Shown here piece by piece: positions 38,057 through 52,207 of a stretch of 64,000 bases of DNA. The DNA lies in the NCBI RefSeq assembly GCF_013315695.1, contig NZ_CP054353.1. One strand, written 5' to 3'. This DNA is from Escherichia coli (GTDB lineage: Bacteria > Pseudomonadota > Gammaproteobacteria > Enterobacterales > Enterobacteriaceae). Below the pieces are notes generated by a model. It was not told the origin of the DNA and did not search any database. It saw nothing but the letters and a program-made list of their open reading frames with translations. Made by a program: the position numbers and the translations under genes. Each line of letters starts with the position of its first letter. Position 1 is the first letter of the stretch.

Positions 38057-38314
38057 TTATTTATAAATTACTGCTGTTCCATGGAGGGTATTCGGACCGG
38101 TTACAGAAGTAATACGGAAAGATTTTGCGCCCATCTCATCCGCTTTTTGCGCCAGCTGCTCTTCCAACGATCCCAGATTTGTCCCCGCGTTAGCACTGAT
38201 AGTACCGACTTTTTGTTGGCCTTCTGGCGTTGACTGAACTTCGACAGCCGCAAAGCTGGCAAATGACATGGAGCTTAAAATCGCCGCAGCGATGAGGGTT
38301 TTTACGTTTTTCAT
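38057..38314 (-). CDS. bhsA: Stress-resistance and biofilm protein BhsA/YcfR (YhcN family)
   Basis: 85-aa ORF MKNVKTLIAAAILSSMSFASFAAVEVQS... with signal peptide. Confidence 0.9.
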   Translation of the reverse strand: MKNVKTLIAAAILSSMSFASFAAVEVQSTPEGQQKVGTISANAGTNLGSLEEQLAQKADEMGAKSFRITSVTGPNTLHGTAVIYK

Positions 38315-38554
38315 AATAGTGGCCTTATGCAGATGAATGGCGTCGCAAGCAATTACTTAACGATCGATAACTAAATGATAGATGTGATCTGGATCACATA
38401 CAAGATATTTTTTATAACAATCATTAATTAATTTAAAAATCTTTAAATTTCAGTTAAATAGAAAGCAATTATTTTTATGGTTTGTGGACTGGTGAACGGA
38501 GGTGATTATTTTTATAATAACCTTTCATTCACAGTCACCAGGTACAACGGCATC

Positions 38555-39187
38555 ATGGCAACTGACTCAACACAATGTGTAAAAAAAAGCCGCGGCCGCC
38601 CAAAAGTGTTCGACAGGGATGCCGCGCTTGATAAGGCCATGAAATTGTTCTGGCAACACGGTTATGAAGCGACTTCTCTTGCGGACCTCGTTGAAGCGAC
38701 CGGAGCTAAAGCGCCCACGCTATACGCGGAATTTACCAACAAAGAGGGGTTATTCCGCGCCGTACTCGACCGCTATATCGATCGTTTTGCCGCTAAGCAT
38801 GAAGCACAGCTGTTTTGTGAAGAGAAAAGCGTGGAGTCTGCGCTGGCTGACTATTTTGCTGCCATCGCCAACTGCTTTACCAGCAAAGACACCCCGGCTG
38901 GCTGCTTTATGATCAACAACTGCACCACCCTCTCCCCGGATTCCGGAGATATCGGCAATACGCTGAAATCACGCCATGCGATGCAAGAGCGCACTTTGCA
39001 GCAGTTTTTATGTCAACGACAAGCGCGCGGGGAAATCCCGACCCACTGTGACGTGACGCATCTGGCAGAATTCCTTAATTGTATTATTCAGGGGATGTCG
39101 ATCAGCGCACGCGAAGGTGCATCGCTGGAAAAACTGATGCAGATTGCCCGAACGACTTTGCGTTTATGGCCCGAACTGGTGAAATAA
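38555..39187 (+). CDS. comR: TetR-family repressor ComR/YcfQ (represses bhsA)
   Basis: Track ORF 38477..39187; start set at MATDSTQCVKKSRGRPKVFD (210 aa); TetR HTH. Confidence 0.88.
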   Translation: MATDSTQCVKKSRGRPKVFDRDAALDKAMKLFWQHGYEATSLADLVEATGAKAPTLYAEFTNKEGLFRAVLDRYIDRFAAKHEAQLFCEEKSVESALADYFAAIANCFTSKDTPAGCFMINNCTTLSPDSGDIGNTLKSRHAMQERTLQQFLCQRQARGEIPTHCDVTHLAEFLNCIIQGMSISAREGASLEKLMQIARTTLRLWPELVK

Positions 39188-39199
39188 GGCGCAAAAAAT

Positions 39200-39226
39200 G
39201 CCCCTCAGCCTGAGCGAATGAGGGGC
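39200..39226. terminator. Intrinsic terminator hairpin between convergent comR and ycfJ
   Basis: GCCCCTCA-gcctgagcgaa-TGAGGGGC stem-loop with adjacent A/T runs. Confidence 0.7.
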
Positions 39227-39248
39227 CAAATTGCAGAGTACAGCCTTG

Positions 39249-39788
39249 TTATACTTTGTTATTCAAAATCAGTTGCCCGTTGCTATCTAGCGGGATCTGC
39301 GTACCCGGATCGCGGTCCATGCGGATTTTGCCCTGCTGATCGCCAATCTTATAGGTCACATCATAACCGAGCATTTTTTCTGACTTGTCATACACCGTTT
39401 TACAACGCTGTTGCGTAGTCGTGTAAGTATCGCTTTCCTGGAGAGAGCCCTGGATCTGGTTACCGGCATATCCACCACCCAGCGCCCCCACAACAGTGGC
39501 GACATCTTTACCGCGACCACCACCAAACTGATGCCCTATCACGCCACCAGCAACAGCGCCGAGCACCGACCCGGTAATGCGATTTTCATCCTGCACCGGT
39601 CGACGATGGGTCACTGTGACGTTGCGACACTCCTGACGCGGTGTTTTAACCGTTTCCTTGATTGGGATTGCAGAAACAACCTGAGCGTATTGCGGGCCAC
39701 GTTCAAACACGTTCAGACTGGCCACTGCCGCTACGCCCAGCGCAGCTGCGACACCAATCCCGATACCCGCCAACATTGATTTATTCAC
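39249..39788 (-). CDS. ycfJ: Glycine-zipper membrane protein YcfJ
   Basis: Track ORF 39249..39926; GTG start giving (M)NKSMLAGIGIGVAAALGVAA (179 aa). Confidence 0.82.
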   Translation of the reverse strand: MNKSMLAGIGIGVAAALGVAAVASLNVFERGPQYAQVVSAIPIKETVKTPRQECRNVTVTHRRPVQDENRITGSVLGAVAGGVIGHQFGGGRGKDVATVVGALGGGYAGNQIQGSLQESDTYTTTQQRCKTVYDKSEKMLGYDVTYKIGDQQGKIRMDRDPGTQIPLDSNGQLILNNKV

Positions 39789-39997
39789 GGGAACACCTCC
39801 TTCTTTGCTGTTATGCCAATCATGCAAGCGAAGGAGAAAAGCAGCTATCAGACAGAAGATGAAAAGCGCGGGAAGAGCAGAAAAAACTGAGGGATTCAGA
39901 AGAGTCTGAAAGGATGCCTGATACAACGCGGCTACCCATCGCGCTGTTCCTCAAGGGCGGATGAGGCGTTTATGCCCCATCCGCCAGTACAAGCCGA

Positions 39998-41302
39998 TTA
40001 ATGCAACTTCAAACGTGGGCGGATAACGCGGTTAATACTCCCCACCAGCATCATTAATCCGGTTTTAAAGTAACCATGCAGCGCAATCTGGTGCATTCGG
40101 TACAACGAGATGTATACAAAGCGCGCAATTCGTCCTTCAATCATCATTGAGCCGCGCGTCAGGTTACCCATCAGGCTACCGACGGTGGAAAAGTTCGACA
40201 GCGATACCAGCGAACCGTGATCTTTATACTGATAATTTTTCAGCGGCTTACCGTTCATCTGCGCCAGAATGTTGTTCATTGCGCAAGTTGCCATCTGGTG
40301 TGCAGCCTGAGCGCGCGGCGGAACAAAGCCCCCTTCCGGACGCGGGCATGACGCGCAATCGCCAATAGCGTAAATGTCTGGATCGCGGGTGGTTTGCAGC
40401 GTCGGTTCCACCACCAGCTGGTTGATACGGTTGGTTTCAAGACCACCAATATCTTTCAGGAAGTCTGGCGCTTTGATCCCGGCTGCCCACACCATCAGAT
40501 CAGCCTCAATATATTCGCCATCTTTAGTGTGCAGGCCGCCTTCATCAGCACTGGTGACCATGGTTTGCGTCAGCACGCGAACGCCAAGTTTCGTTAGCTC
40601 GTTGTGTGCCGCAGCAGAGATACGTGGCGGTAATGCAGGCAAAATACGTTCTCCCGCTTCTACCAGCGTTACGTTCAGGGCTTCGTTGGTCAGACCTTTA
40701 TAACCGTAACTGTGCAGTTGCTTGACCGCGTTGTGCAATTCAGCGGAGAGTTCTACACCCGTCGCGCCGCCGCCGACAATCGCAATGTTTACTTTGCCAT
40801 TCGCGCCCAGGTTGGCGGAGTATTTCAGGAACAGATTCAGCATCTCCTGGTGGAAGCGACGCGCCTGGTGCGGGTTATCGAGGAAAATGCAGTTCTCTTT
40901 GACACCTGGTGTATTGAAATCGTTAGAGGTGCTACCCAGCGCCATTACCAGAGTGTCATAGGCGATTTTACGTTCCGGAACCAGCAGTTCACCTTTCTCG
41001 TCGCGCAGTTCTGCAATAGTGATTGTTTTCGCTTCACGATCAATATCAATGACGGAACCCAGCTGGAACTGGAAACCATGATTACGCGCATGGGCCAGAT
41101 AGCTCAACGCATCGACGCCTTCATCAAGCGAGCCAGTCGCCACTTCGTGCAGCAGCGGTTTCCACAGGTGGCTGTGGTTACGATCGACCAGCGTGATTTT
41201 GGCTTTTTTCTTGCGTCCCAGCTTATGCCCCAGCTGTGTTGCCATTTCCAGCCCACCAGCACCGCCGCCGACAATCACAATTTTTTTCAATGGCGTAGTC
41301 AA
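39998..41302 (-). CDS. ndh: Type II NADH:quinone oxidoreductase NDH-2
   Basis: Track ORF 39998..41329; TTG start giving (M)[20 protein letters not shown] (434 aa); two GxGxxG dinucleotide-binding motifs. Confidence 0.95.
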
Positions 41303-41571
41303 CGTGACCCCCTTAAATTTATTAACCAATTGTTAATTAATGGTTATTAACATAGCTCTTAATTAACAACAGGTTACAGTAATGAAAATGTTCTTCGCTA
41401 ATGAGAATAACATGAATGGTGCATTGGTCATACCAAAATTGATGTTAATCAAGTTTTGTTGCTGAAAAGATAGGCGACTTTACCGGGTGAGATCAAAAAA
41501 CAGAGTTTGTTGTTTATTATTTGAGCTGATTTGTGAGAATGATATAGAGTGAGGTGTGTATGGAGGGCGTT

Positions 41572-41695
<124 letters not shown>

Positions 41696-41701
41696 GGGCA
41701 T

Positions 41702-42244
41702 TTACCCGAGGGTTTTGAACGCTTTAATGCGCTGTAAATGCGGGGAGATATTCTTGAATTTGTGCGTCTGCTCTTCGTCCCAGACAATCTCGTAATAATG
41801 ATGCAACTCTTCAGATGTCCGCTGGCTGTTAAGCGCTTCATCATTACGCGACAAAATCACCAGGCAACGATCGCGATTCTTTTCGCGGAAGTTGGTCACA
41901 CACTTAGTGGCAATATCGGCATACTCTTCCGGGCGATCAATCTTGCCTTCCATGTTCTCATAAGGGAACAAATTAGGGTTGAAGATCACCTGCCGGATAT
42001 CACAGAGAAAACCAATCCGCTCAGCCCAATAACCGCCCAGACCAACACCACAAATGAGCGGGCGCTCGTCGACGTTCAGTTGCAACATTTTGTCCACTTC
42101 TTTGAGCAAATGCTGCATATCATGTTTCGGATGCCGCGTACTGTAGCTTATTAGCCGTACATCCGGGTCAATAAACTGCAATTGTAAGACTTTCTCGTGG
42201 TTACCCGGACTGTTAGAGTCAAAACCGTGCAAATAGATAATCAT
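41702..42244 (-). CDS. ycfP: UPF0227 alpha/beta-hydrolase-like esterase YcfP
   Basis: Track ORF 41702..42301; start set at [18 protein letters not shown] (180 aa). Confidence 0.88.
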
Positions 42245-42266
42245 CGCTTCCTCACATAAGCCAGGG

Positions 42267-44107
<1,841 letters not shown>

Positions 44108-44127
<20 letters not shown>

Positions 44128-44749
44128 CTTTACCTGACCAGATAATTTCGCCCGTCTGCACCAGCATCAGCTGCATTTGTAGGGTCGGAGCGTTAACGTT
44201 GCCAGAGGCGCTGGAGTACAGCACGTAATGAGCGCCAACATTGCGGGCAATGCCTATGGCTTTACTACGGGTGCCTAAACTGTCCTGCGGCGACAAACCT
44301 AATTGTTGCTTAGCCATCGACAGCTGCTGGGCGGAAACCAGGGTAAATTTACCGTTATTAGCCAGCGCATTTCGCAGCGTTTCGGTCGCTTCTGCGGCAT
44401 TCAGCGAACCGTTAGTACGGTTGTTAACGCTATCAACCAGAAGGACGCTACCCGCAGTCACGCCATCAGCCCCAAGCATCTTACTGACCATCGGCTGCAT
44501 TGCGCCATTCCAGTCATAATGGCGAATATGCGGCGCAGGCGGTGCAGTTTGATCTTCGTGCTCAATTGGGCCTGGCTGCTGCGGTATCGTCGGCACCGAT
44601 GGCACTGTGGGGACAGGCTGTTGTGGCTCGGCAGGTTGTTCCGGCGCTGGTTTCACTTCTTCTACCGGTGCAGGTTCACGTTGCCCCACACACCCGGCGA
44701 GAAACATCGCCAGCGCGGTAATCAAGGCGTAGCGACTCATTTTTGTCAT
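44108..44749 (-). CDS. lpoB: Outer-membrane lipoprotein LpoB (activator of PBP1B)
   Basis: Track ORF 44108..44752; [20 protein letters not shown] lipobox; proline-rich linker. Confidence 0.9.
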
Positions 44750-44762
44750 CAAGATTCACCCC

Positions 44763-45140
44763 TTACAAATATAGATAAAGTCTGACTTTGTGCGCCCCCA
44801 GAAAATTGGCGCTGCCGTACAGCGTTACCGCCGAATGTGCGGGAATGGTAACGCTGCGTGGCCTTTCCAGAGGATGCATCTCCAGCCCTCTGGCGTCATA
44901 CCAGTAAAAACGATAATGAACGGTAACGGGTTCTTGCCTTTCGTTATAAAGCGTTGAGGATGCTGAAGGTTGAATATCAGATGTCGAAAGGACGGGCTTT
45001 TCTGCACTGATGCCCGCAGCCAATAAAGATGACTCCATCACCAGCGATTGCTCATCATTCACCGGAATTTCCGGATGTGAACGACAGCCCACCAGCACTA
45101 ACAACGCCAGAGACACCAGCCCAAAGCATCCTTTTCTCAT
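44763..45140 (-). CDS. ycfL: Lipoprotein YcfL
   Basis: 125-aa ORF MRKGCFGLVSLALLVLVGC... Confidence 0.85.
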   Translation of the reverse strand: MRKGCFGLVSLALLVLVGCRSHPEIPVNDEQSLVMESSLLAAGISAEKPVLSTSDIQPSASSTLYNERQEPVTVHYRFYWYDARGLEMHPLERPRSVTIPAHSAVTLYGSANFLGAHKVRLYLYL

Positions 45141-45142
45141 CG

Positions 45143-45502
45143 TTACAGACCTTTATGCGCCAGCATTGGTCCAAGCGGACGGCCACCCAACAAGTGCATA
45201 TGGATGTGGTAAACCTCTTGTCCGCCGTGGCGGTTGGTGTTCATGATCAGACGATAGCCATCTTCGGCAATACCTTCTTGCTCAGCAATTTTTGCCGCTA
45301 CGGTGATCATGCGTCCCAGCGCCTGCTCATGCTCAGCAGACACGTCGTTCACAGTCGGAATGAGGATATTCGGAATGATCAGAATATGCGTTGGCGCTTG
45401 CGGCGAAATATCGCGAAACGCCGTTACCAGATCATCCTGGTAGACGATATCGGAGGGGATCTCACGACGAATAATTTTGCTGAATATAGTTTCTTCTGCC
45501 AC
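45143..45502 (-). CDS. hinT: Purine nucleoside phosphoramidase HinT (HIT family)
   Basis: Track ORF 45143..45520; GTG start giving (M)[17 protein letters not shown]; HIT motif HIHMHLL. Confidence 0.9.
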   Translation of the reverse strand: MAEETIFSKIIRREIPSDIVYQDDLVTAFRDISPQAPTHILIIPNILIPTVNDVSAEHEQALGRMITVAAKIAEQEGIAEDGYRLIMNTNRHGGQEVYHIHMHLLGGRPLGPMLAHKGL

Positions 45503-45779
45503 GACATTTTCCTTTTTCAAATAGCCATGCGTTGCGCCATGCTACGCCGCGCCACACTGCGAGTATAGAGTATGGTCGAGTTAAACCTGCTCTTTCAACC
45601 TTAACTCACGATTTCTTAAGCAAAAAATCGTTTTGCTGCCGTATATATCGCCATTATTCCCATTTCTGCCTGCGAATGCGCTGAAAAGACATTCTCTGTT
45701 TGGTTTACACACTAAATATAACCGCTCATCACCCTGCTCCGGCATGAGCCTGACGCCAACATAAACCAAGAGATTTCAA

Positions 45780-47969
45780 ATGCTTTCGACACAATTTAAC
45801 AGGGATAATCAACATCAAGCCATCATCAAACCGTCACTCCTTGCCGGTTGCATAGCACTGGCACTATTACCTTCCGCCGCTTTTGCTGCACCAGCCACTG
45901 AAGAAACGGTGATTGTTGAGGGTTCAGCCACAGCCCCAGATAATGGCGAAAATGATTACAACGTAACGTCTACCTCTGCGGGTACAAAAATGCAGATGAC
46001 TCAACGTGATATTCCTCAGTCGGTCACTATTGTTAGCCAGCAGCGGATGGAAGATCAGCAGTTACAAACGCTGGGCGAAGTGATGGAAAACACGCTGGGG
46101 ATCAGCAAAAGTCAGGCGGATTCCGATCGTGCTCTTTATTATTCCCGCGGATTCCAGATCGATAACTATATGGTTGATGGTATCCCCACCTATTTTGAAT
46201 CGCGCTGGAATCTGGGCGACGCACTTTCTGATATGGCACTGTTTGAACGCGTAGAAGTAGTGCGTGGCGCGACAGGACTCATGACCGGGACGGGTAATCC
46301 ATCTGCGGCAATTAATATGATTCGAAAACACGCGACCAGTCGTGAATTTAAAGGCGATGTCTCGGCGGAATACGGTAGCTGGAACAAAGAACGGTATGTG
46401 GCGGATTTACAAAGCCCACTCACCGAAGATGGTAAAATCCGCGCGCGAATTGTCGGCGGCTACCAGAATAACGACTCATGGCTGGACCGCTACAACAGTG
46501 AAAAAACCTTCTTCTCCGGCATTGTCGATGCTGATTTAGGCGATCTTACGACGCTTTCAGCCGGTTACGAATATCAGCGCATTGATGTTAATAGCCCAAC
46601 CTGGGGCGGTTTACCGCGCTGGAATACTGATGGCAGCAGCAACAGTTACGATCGCGCACGCAGTACCGCACCTGACTGGGCGTATAACGATAAAGAGATC
46701 AACAAGGTCTTTATGACCCTCAAGCAGCGGTTTGCTGATACCTGGCAAGCGACACTGAATGCCACCCACTCCGAAGTCGAATTTGACAGTAAAATGATGT
46801 ATGTCGATGCCTATGTAAACAAAGCGGATGGTATGCTGGTTGGGCCATACAGTAATTATGGACCTGGTTTTGATTATGTCGGCGGCACCGGTTGGAACAG
46901 CGGCAAACGTAAAGTTGATGCGCTGGATTTGTTTGCTGACGGTAGTTATGAATTGTTTGGTCGTCAGCACAATCTAATGTTTGGTGGCAGTTACAGCAAA
47001 CAAAACAATCGTTACATCAGTTCATGGGCCAACATCTTCCCGGATGAAATTGGCAGTTTCTACAACTTTAATGGCAATTTCCCACAAACCGACTGGTCAC
47101 CACAGAGCCTGGCGCAGGACGATACCACACATATGAAATCGTTATATGCTGCCACTCGTGTCACCCTTGCCGATCCGCTGCATCTGATCCTCGGCGCTCG
47201 TTATACCAACTGGCGGGTTGATACGCTGACTTACAGCATGGAGAAAAACCACACCACGCCTTATGCTGGTCTGGTGTTTGACATCAATGACAACTGGTCG
47301 ACCTACGCCAGCTATACCTCTATTTTCCAGCCGCAAAATGATCGTGACAGTTCAGGCAAATATCTGGCTCCAATCACCGGTAACAACTACGAGTTGGGTC
47401 TGAAATCGGACTGGATGAATAGCCGTCTGACCACCACGTTAGCCATCTTCCGTATTGAGCAGGATAATGTCGCTCAGTCCACCGGTACACCTATCCCCGG
47501 CAGCAACGGCGAAACCGCCTATAAAGCGGTGGATGGGACAGTCAGTAAAGGTGTGGAATTTGAACTCAACGGCGCAATTACCGACAACTGGCAGCTGACG
47601 TTTGGCGCAACGCGCTATATTGCAGAAGATAACGAAGGAAACGCCGTTAATCCTAATCTGCCACGCACCACGGTTAAAATGTTCACCAGCTATCGGTTGC
47701 CTGTCATGCCAGAGTTGACGGTCGGCGGTGGTGTTAACTGGCAAAATCGCGTGTATACCGACACCGTGACACCGTATGGCACCTTCCGCGCCGAGCAAGG
47801 TAGCTACGCGCTGGTGGATCTCTTCACCCGCTACCAGGTGACGAAAAACTTCTCGTTACAGGGGAACGTCAATAACCTGTTCGACAAAACCTACGATACC
47901 AACGTGGAAGGTTCTATCGTCTACGGCGCACCTCGTAATTTCAGCATTACCGGCACGTATCAATTCTGA
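45780..47969 (+). CDS. fhuE: TonB-dependent outer membrane ferric siderophore (coprogen/rhodotorulate) receptor FhuE
   Basis: 729-aa ORF with signal peptide, TonB box and C-terminal ...TGTYQF. Confidence 0.95.
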   Translation: MLSTQFNRDNQHQAIIKPSLLAGCIALALLPSAAFAAPATEETVIVEGSATAPDNGENDYNVTSTSAGTKMQMTQRDIPQSVTIVSQQRMEDQQLQTLGEVMENTLGISKSQADSDRALYYSRGFQIDNYMVDGIPTYFESRWNLGDALSDMALFERVEVVRGATGLMTGTGNPSAAINMIRKHATSREFKGDVSAEYGSWNKERYVADLQSPLTEDGKIRARIVGGYQNNDSWLDRYNSEKTFFSGIVDADLGDLTTLSAGYEYQRIDVNSPTWGGLPRWNTDGSSNSYDRARSTAPDWAYNDKEINKVFMTLKQRFADTWQATLNATHSEVEFDSKMMYVDAYVNKADGMLVGPYSNYGPGFDYVGGTGWNSGKRKVDALDLFADGSYELFGRQHNLMFGGSYSKQNNRYISSWANIFPDEIGSFYNFNGNFPQTDWSPQSLAQDDTTHMKSLYAATRVTLADPLHLILGARYTNWRVDTLTYSMEKNHTTPYAGLVFDINDNWSTYASYTSIFQPQNDRDSSGKYLAPITGNNYELGLKSDWMNSRLTTTLAIFRIEQDNVAQSTGTPIPGSNGETAYKAVDGTVSKGVEFELNGAITDNWQLTFGATRYIAEDNEGNAVNPNLPRTTVKMFTSYRLPVMPELTVGGGVNWQNRVYTDTVTPYGTFRAEQGSYALVDLFTRYQVTKNFSLQGNVNNLFDKTYDTNVEGSIVYGAPRNFSITGTYQF

Positions 47970-47986
47970 ATAACACCTGTAAAAAA

Positions 47987-48006
47987 GGCAGCCATCTGGC
48001 TGCCTT
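47987..48006. terminator. Intrinsic terminator hairpin between convergent fhuE and ptsG
   Basis: AGGCAGCC-atct-GGCTGCCT preceded by A6 (a T-run on the ptsG strand). Confidence 0.75.
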
Positions 48007-48028
48007 AGTCTCCCCAACGTCTTACGGA

Positions 48029-49462
48029 TTAGTGGTTACGGATGTACTCATCCATCTCGGTTTTCAGGTTATCGGATTTAGTACCGAAAATCGCCTGAAC
48101 ACCAGAACCAGCAACCACTACGCCCGCTGCGCCCAGTTTCTTCAGGCCAGCCTGATCCACTTTAGACACATCAGCAACGCTGACGCGCAGACGGGTAATA
48201 CATGCGTCGAGGTTAGTAATGTTTTCTTTACCACCAAATGCAGCAACCAGAGCCGGTGCCATTTCGCTGGTACCTGTCGCTTTTGCATCTTCAGTCGCAT
48301 CTTCACGACCCGGCGTTTTCAGATCCAGTGCTTTAATCAGCACGCGGAAGATGGTGTAGTAAACAATCGCATAACCGATACCGACGATCGGGAACAGCCA
48401 CAGTTTGCTGCTGTTACCAGACAGAACGATGAAGTCGATCAGACCGTGCGAGAACGACGTACCGTCACGCATCCCCAAAAGAATACAGATTGGGAATGCC
48501 AGGCCTGCCAGAATCGCGTGGATGATGTACAGGATCGGCGCAACGAACATGAAGGAGAACTCGATCGGCTCGGTGATACCGGTCAGGAACGAGGTCAGCG
48601 CTGCGGAGATCATAATACCGCCCACTTTCGCGCGGTTTTCTGGTTTAGCAGAGTGCCAGATAGCAATTGCGGCAGCTGGCAGACCGTACATTTTGAACAG
48701 GAAGCCACCAGACAGTTTACCCGCAGTCGGGTCACCCGCCATATAACGCGGAATGTCGCCGTGGAAAACCTGACCTGCTGCGTTGGTGTATTCACCAATT
48801 TGCATCTGGAAAGGTACGTTCCAGATGTGGTGCAGACCAAACGGTACCAGGCAACGTTCGATGAAACCGTAAATGCCAAACGCAACTACCGGGTTCTGGT
48901 AAGCAGCCCACTGAGAGAAGGTCTGGATTGCAGAACCAATCGGCGGCCAAATGAAGGACAGCACAACGCCAGTAAAGATGGCAGCCAGGCCAGAAATGAT
49001 CGGCACAAAGCGTTTACCGGCAAAGAAGCCAAGATACTCAGGCAGCTTAATACGGTAGAAACGGTTAAACATATACGCTGCAATCGCACCGGAGATAATC
49101 CCTCCGAGTACGCCAGTATCCGCCAGGTGTTTAGAGGCGATTTCTTCAGCAGGTAAATGCAGTACCAGTGGCGCAACCACGGCCATGGTTTTAACCATGA
49201 TGCCATAGGCAACAACTGCGGCCAGCGCGGATACGCCATCGTTATTGGTAAAGCCGAGGGCGACACCGATCGCAAAAATCAGTGGCATGTTTGCAAAGAC
49301 GGAACCGCCTGCTTCTGCCATAACATGCGATACAACGGCGGGCAGCCAGCTGAAATTCGCGGAACCGACGCCCAGCAGAATACCTGCGATAGGCAGTACG
49401 GATACCGGCAGCATCAGCGATTTACCGACCTTTTGCAGGTTAGCAAATGCATTCTTAAACAT
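48029..49462 (-). CDS. ptsG: Glucose-specific PTS enzyme IICB PtsG
   Basis: 477-aa [36 protein letters not shown]... Confidence 0.97.
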
Positions 49463-49565
49463 AATTGAGAGTGCTCCTGAGTATGGGTGCTTTTTTTACG
49501 TTCTCACGCGTGGCAAGGGGGGAGAGCCTCGCCGTGTACAGGGCATCTAAGCGCCCTTTATTTAT
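49463..49565 (-). promoter_or_regulatory. ptsG 5' untranslated leader (established site of SgrS sRNA base-pairing around the ribosome-binding site)
   Basis: Position immediately upstream of the ptsG start; pairing site itself not mapped here. Confidence 0.5.
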
Positions 49566-49756
49566 TACACAGAGTAAAATAATTCAGTGCCAATTTGTTT
49601 GACGGCTATCACGTTTCAACTTCAGATCATTGGAGAAGTTGCACATTTTGACAAAACATATGTCACAATATTTCAAACGTGGTTATTCACCGCCCAATTT
49701 TCGGCGGTGAACTTTACTCGTTTTAGCAATTAATTACGAGCTTTAAAAAAACTCAT

Positions 49757-50554
49757 TCAACGGATGGATTGAAGGCGGGAAGCGTCGATGTGAAACAGAC
49801 GGGCGAAGTTATCGGTGGTTACCTGCGCCAGTTCTTCAACGGCAACACCTTTCAACACAGCCATGTATTCTGCAACGTCACGAACCATCGCAGGTTGATT
49901 CTCTTTTCCTCGATGCGGTACCGGCGCAAGGTAAGGTGAGTCAGTTTCCACCAGTAACCGATCCAGGGGGACATAACGCGCAGCATCGCGCAGTTGCTCC
50001 GCATTACGGAAGGTCACAATGCCGGAAAAGGAGATGTAAAATCCGAGATCCAGTAATTTACCCGCCGTTTCTCTGTCCTCTGTAAAACAGTGTAGTACGC
50101 CACCGCAATCCGTCACTTTTTCTTCGCGCAGAATTGCCAGCGTATCGGCGCGGGCGTCACGGGTGTGGACGATAACCGGCTTGTTCAGTTCACGACCAAT
50201 CTGGATATGATGGATGAAGGACTCTTGCTGACGTACTTTAGTTTCCGGCGTGTAATAATAATCCAGCCCGGTTTCACCCAGCGCAACAACGCCCTCTTCT
50301 GCCGCCAGACGGCGTAAATCTTCTACATCGTAGGGATCATTCTGGTTGAGTGGATGCACGCCACAAGAAAATACGACGTTGTCACGTTCGCCTACCAGAT
50401 CCCGCATGTGTAAATAACCCGGTAATGTTGTGGCGACTGCCAGACAAAATTTCACATCGCGTGCGGCGGCTTTCGCCAGAACGTCATCCACGTCCTTATG
50501 CAAAGATTCATAATCCAGACCATCGAGATGGCAGTGTGAGTCGACTAAAAACAT
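49757..50554 (-). CDS. ycfH: TatD-family metal-dependent nuclease YcfH
   Basis: Track ORF 49757..50614; start set at [18 protein letters not shown] (265 aa). Confidence 0.9.
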
Positions 50555-50564
50555 GATGTCTCTC

Positions 50565-51569
50565 TTAAAGATGAGGAACCGGTAGCACAACGCCCGGTTG
50601 CAGGTAATGCTCAATACGCAGTAAAAGATCGGTGATGAGAAGCTCGCGGTTAATACCTGTGACAGACATTAACTGTTCACGAATGTGGCAAACATCCCCC
50701 AGTATAGCCTGCAGGCGCGAGGGAGAAAGATGGTTTGCCAGTTCGACGACCAGGCCCGGCACATCAACATTGGTCACCTGCGCAGCGCCATGATGGCGTT
50801 TTAGCGCATCCATCAGCAACGTTGCCAACCAGTGTAAACGCGCCGGAGCTTGTTCATGATTAAGGGCCGCCAGCAGCGAATACCAGTCGCCCGATTGCAC
50901 GCTATATGCCAACGCCTGACACAATGTTTCACGAGCCTGCCAGTTATCTCCCTGAAACAACGCCAGTGCCGCGCCAGGCGAACCGGCGCTTAAACGCAAT
51001 GCGGCAAGTAATGCATCCTGTGACATTGTCACTTCGCGTGAAAGCCAGGTCACGGCGTACTGTTCCGGCGGCGGCGCAAGGTAATGTAACCGACAACGAC
51101 TACGTAATGTTGCCAGTAAACGTTCAGGCTCGCGGGTAGCAAGGAAAAACCAGGTTTCTGCTGGTGGCTCTTCAAGCGTTTTCAGCAATGCGTTAGCCGC
51201 GGCGTCAGTCAGTAAGGCAGCATCGGTTACCCAGACAACTTTCGCACCACCTAAGCGTGCGTGCTCATTTAACTTTTCGGTGACTTCACGTACCGCATCA
51301 ATGCCCAGCGCATTTTTCCCTTTCTCGGGAGCCAGGGTGTAATAATCGGGATGCGTGCCAGCCTGCATCAACTGACATCCACGACAGTGACCGCAACTTT
51401 TGTGGCCCTGCGGTTGTTGGCAGAGTAAATAACGGCTCAGGGCGTAGATTAAAGCATCCTCGCCCATACCCGGTAACGCCTGAATGAGTAGCGCATGGTG
51501 ACCTCTTCCGGCCTGATAGCTGGCTACCAGTTTTTCGAAATCAGGTCGTAACCATGGATACCATCTCAT
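50565..51569 (-). CDS. holB: DNA polymerase III delta-prime subunit HolB
   Basis: Track ORF 50565..51590; start set at [28 protein letters not shown] (334 aa). Confidence 0.94.
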
Positions 51570-52207
51570 GCGTCCAACTCCTTCACCCAATTGGTCACGG
51601 TAGTGCGGATTGCATCCATCACGGACTCCAGCGGCTGGGTGGCATCAATGGTATGAATGCTTTTATCTTGTGCTGCCAGTTCCAGATAGCGGGCGCGGGT
51701 GCGATTAAAGAAATCGAAAGACTCTTGCTCAATACGATCCAGCTCGCCGCGAGCACGCGCACGTTTTAAGCCAACTTCCGGGGTAACATCGAGATAGAGC
51801 GTTAAGTCGGGGCGAAAATCCCCGAGAACAGCATCACGCAATGTTGCCAGCATATGTTGGTCAATACCACGTCCGCCGCCCTGATACGCCTGAGTGGAGA
51901 GATCGTGGCGATCGCCAATCACCCAGGTGCCGTTAGCCAGCGCTGGTTTGATGACCGTTTCTACCAGTTGAACGCGCGCGGCATAAAACATCAGAACTTC
52001 GGCTTTATCGGTAATGACTTCATCGCCTACCGATTTGATATCCAGCACCAGGCTTCTTAACTTTTCGGCAAGTTGCGTACCGCCAGGTTCCCGAGTGAAA
52101 ACCATGTCGCGGATACCCAGTTGCTCGAGCGTCTCAACCACCACATTACGCGCGGTAGTTTTGCCTGCGCCTTCCAGCCCCTCAATGACGATATACTTAC
52201 TGCGCAT
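51566..52207 (-). CDS. tmk: Thymidylate kinase Tmk
   Basis: 213-aa [34 protein letters not shown]... Confidence 0.96.

Noticed and set aside
48032-49156. 374-aa ORF on the plus strand
   Set aside because: Antisense within ptsG; arginine- and threonine-rich low-complexity translation typical of a shadow frame
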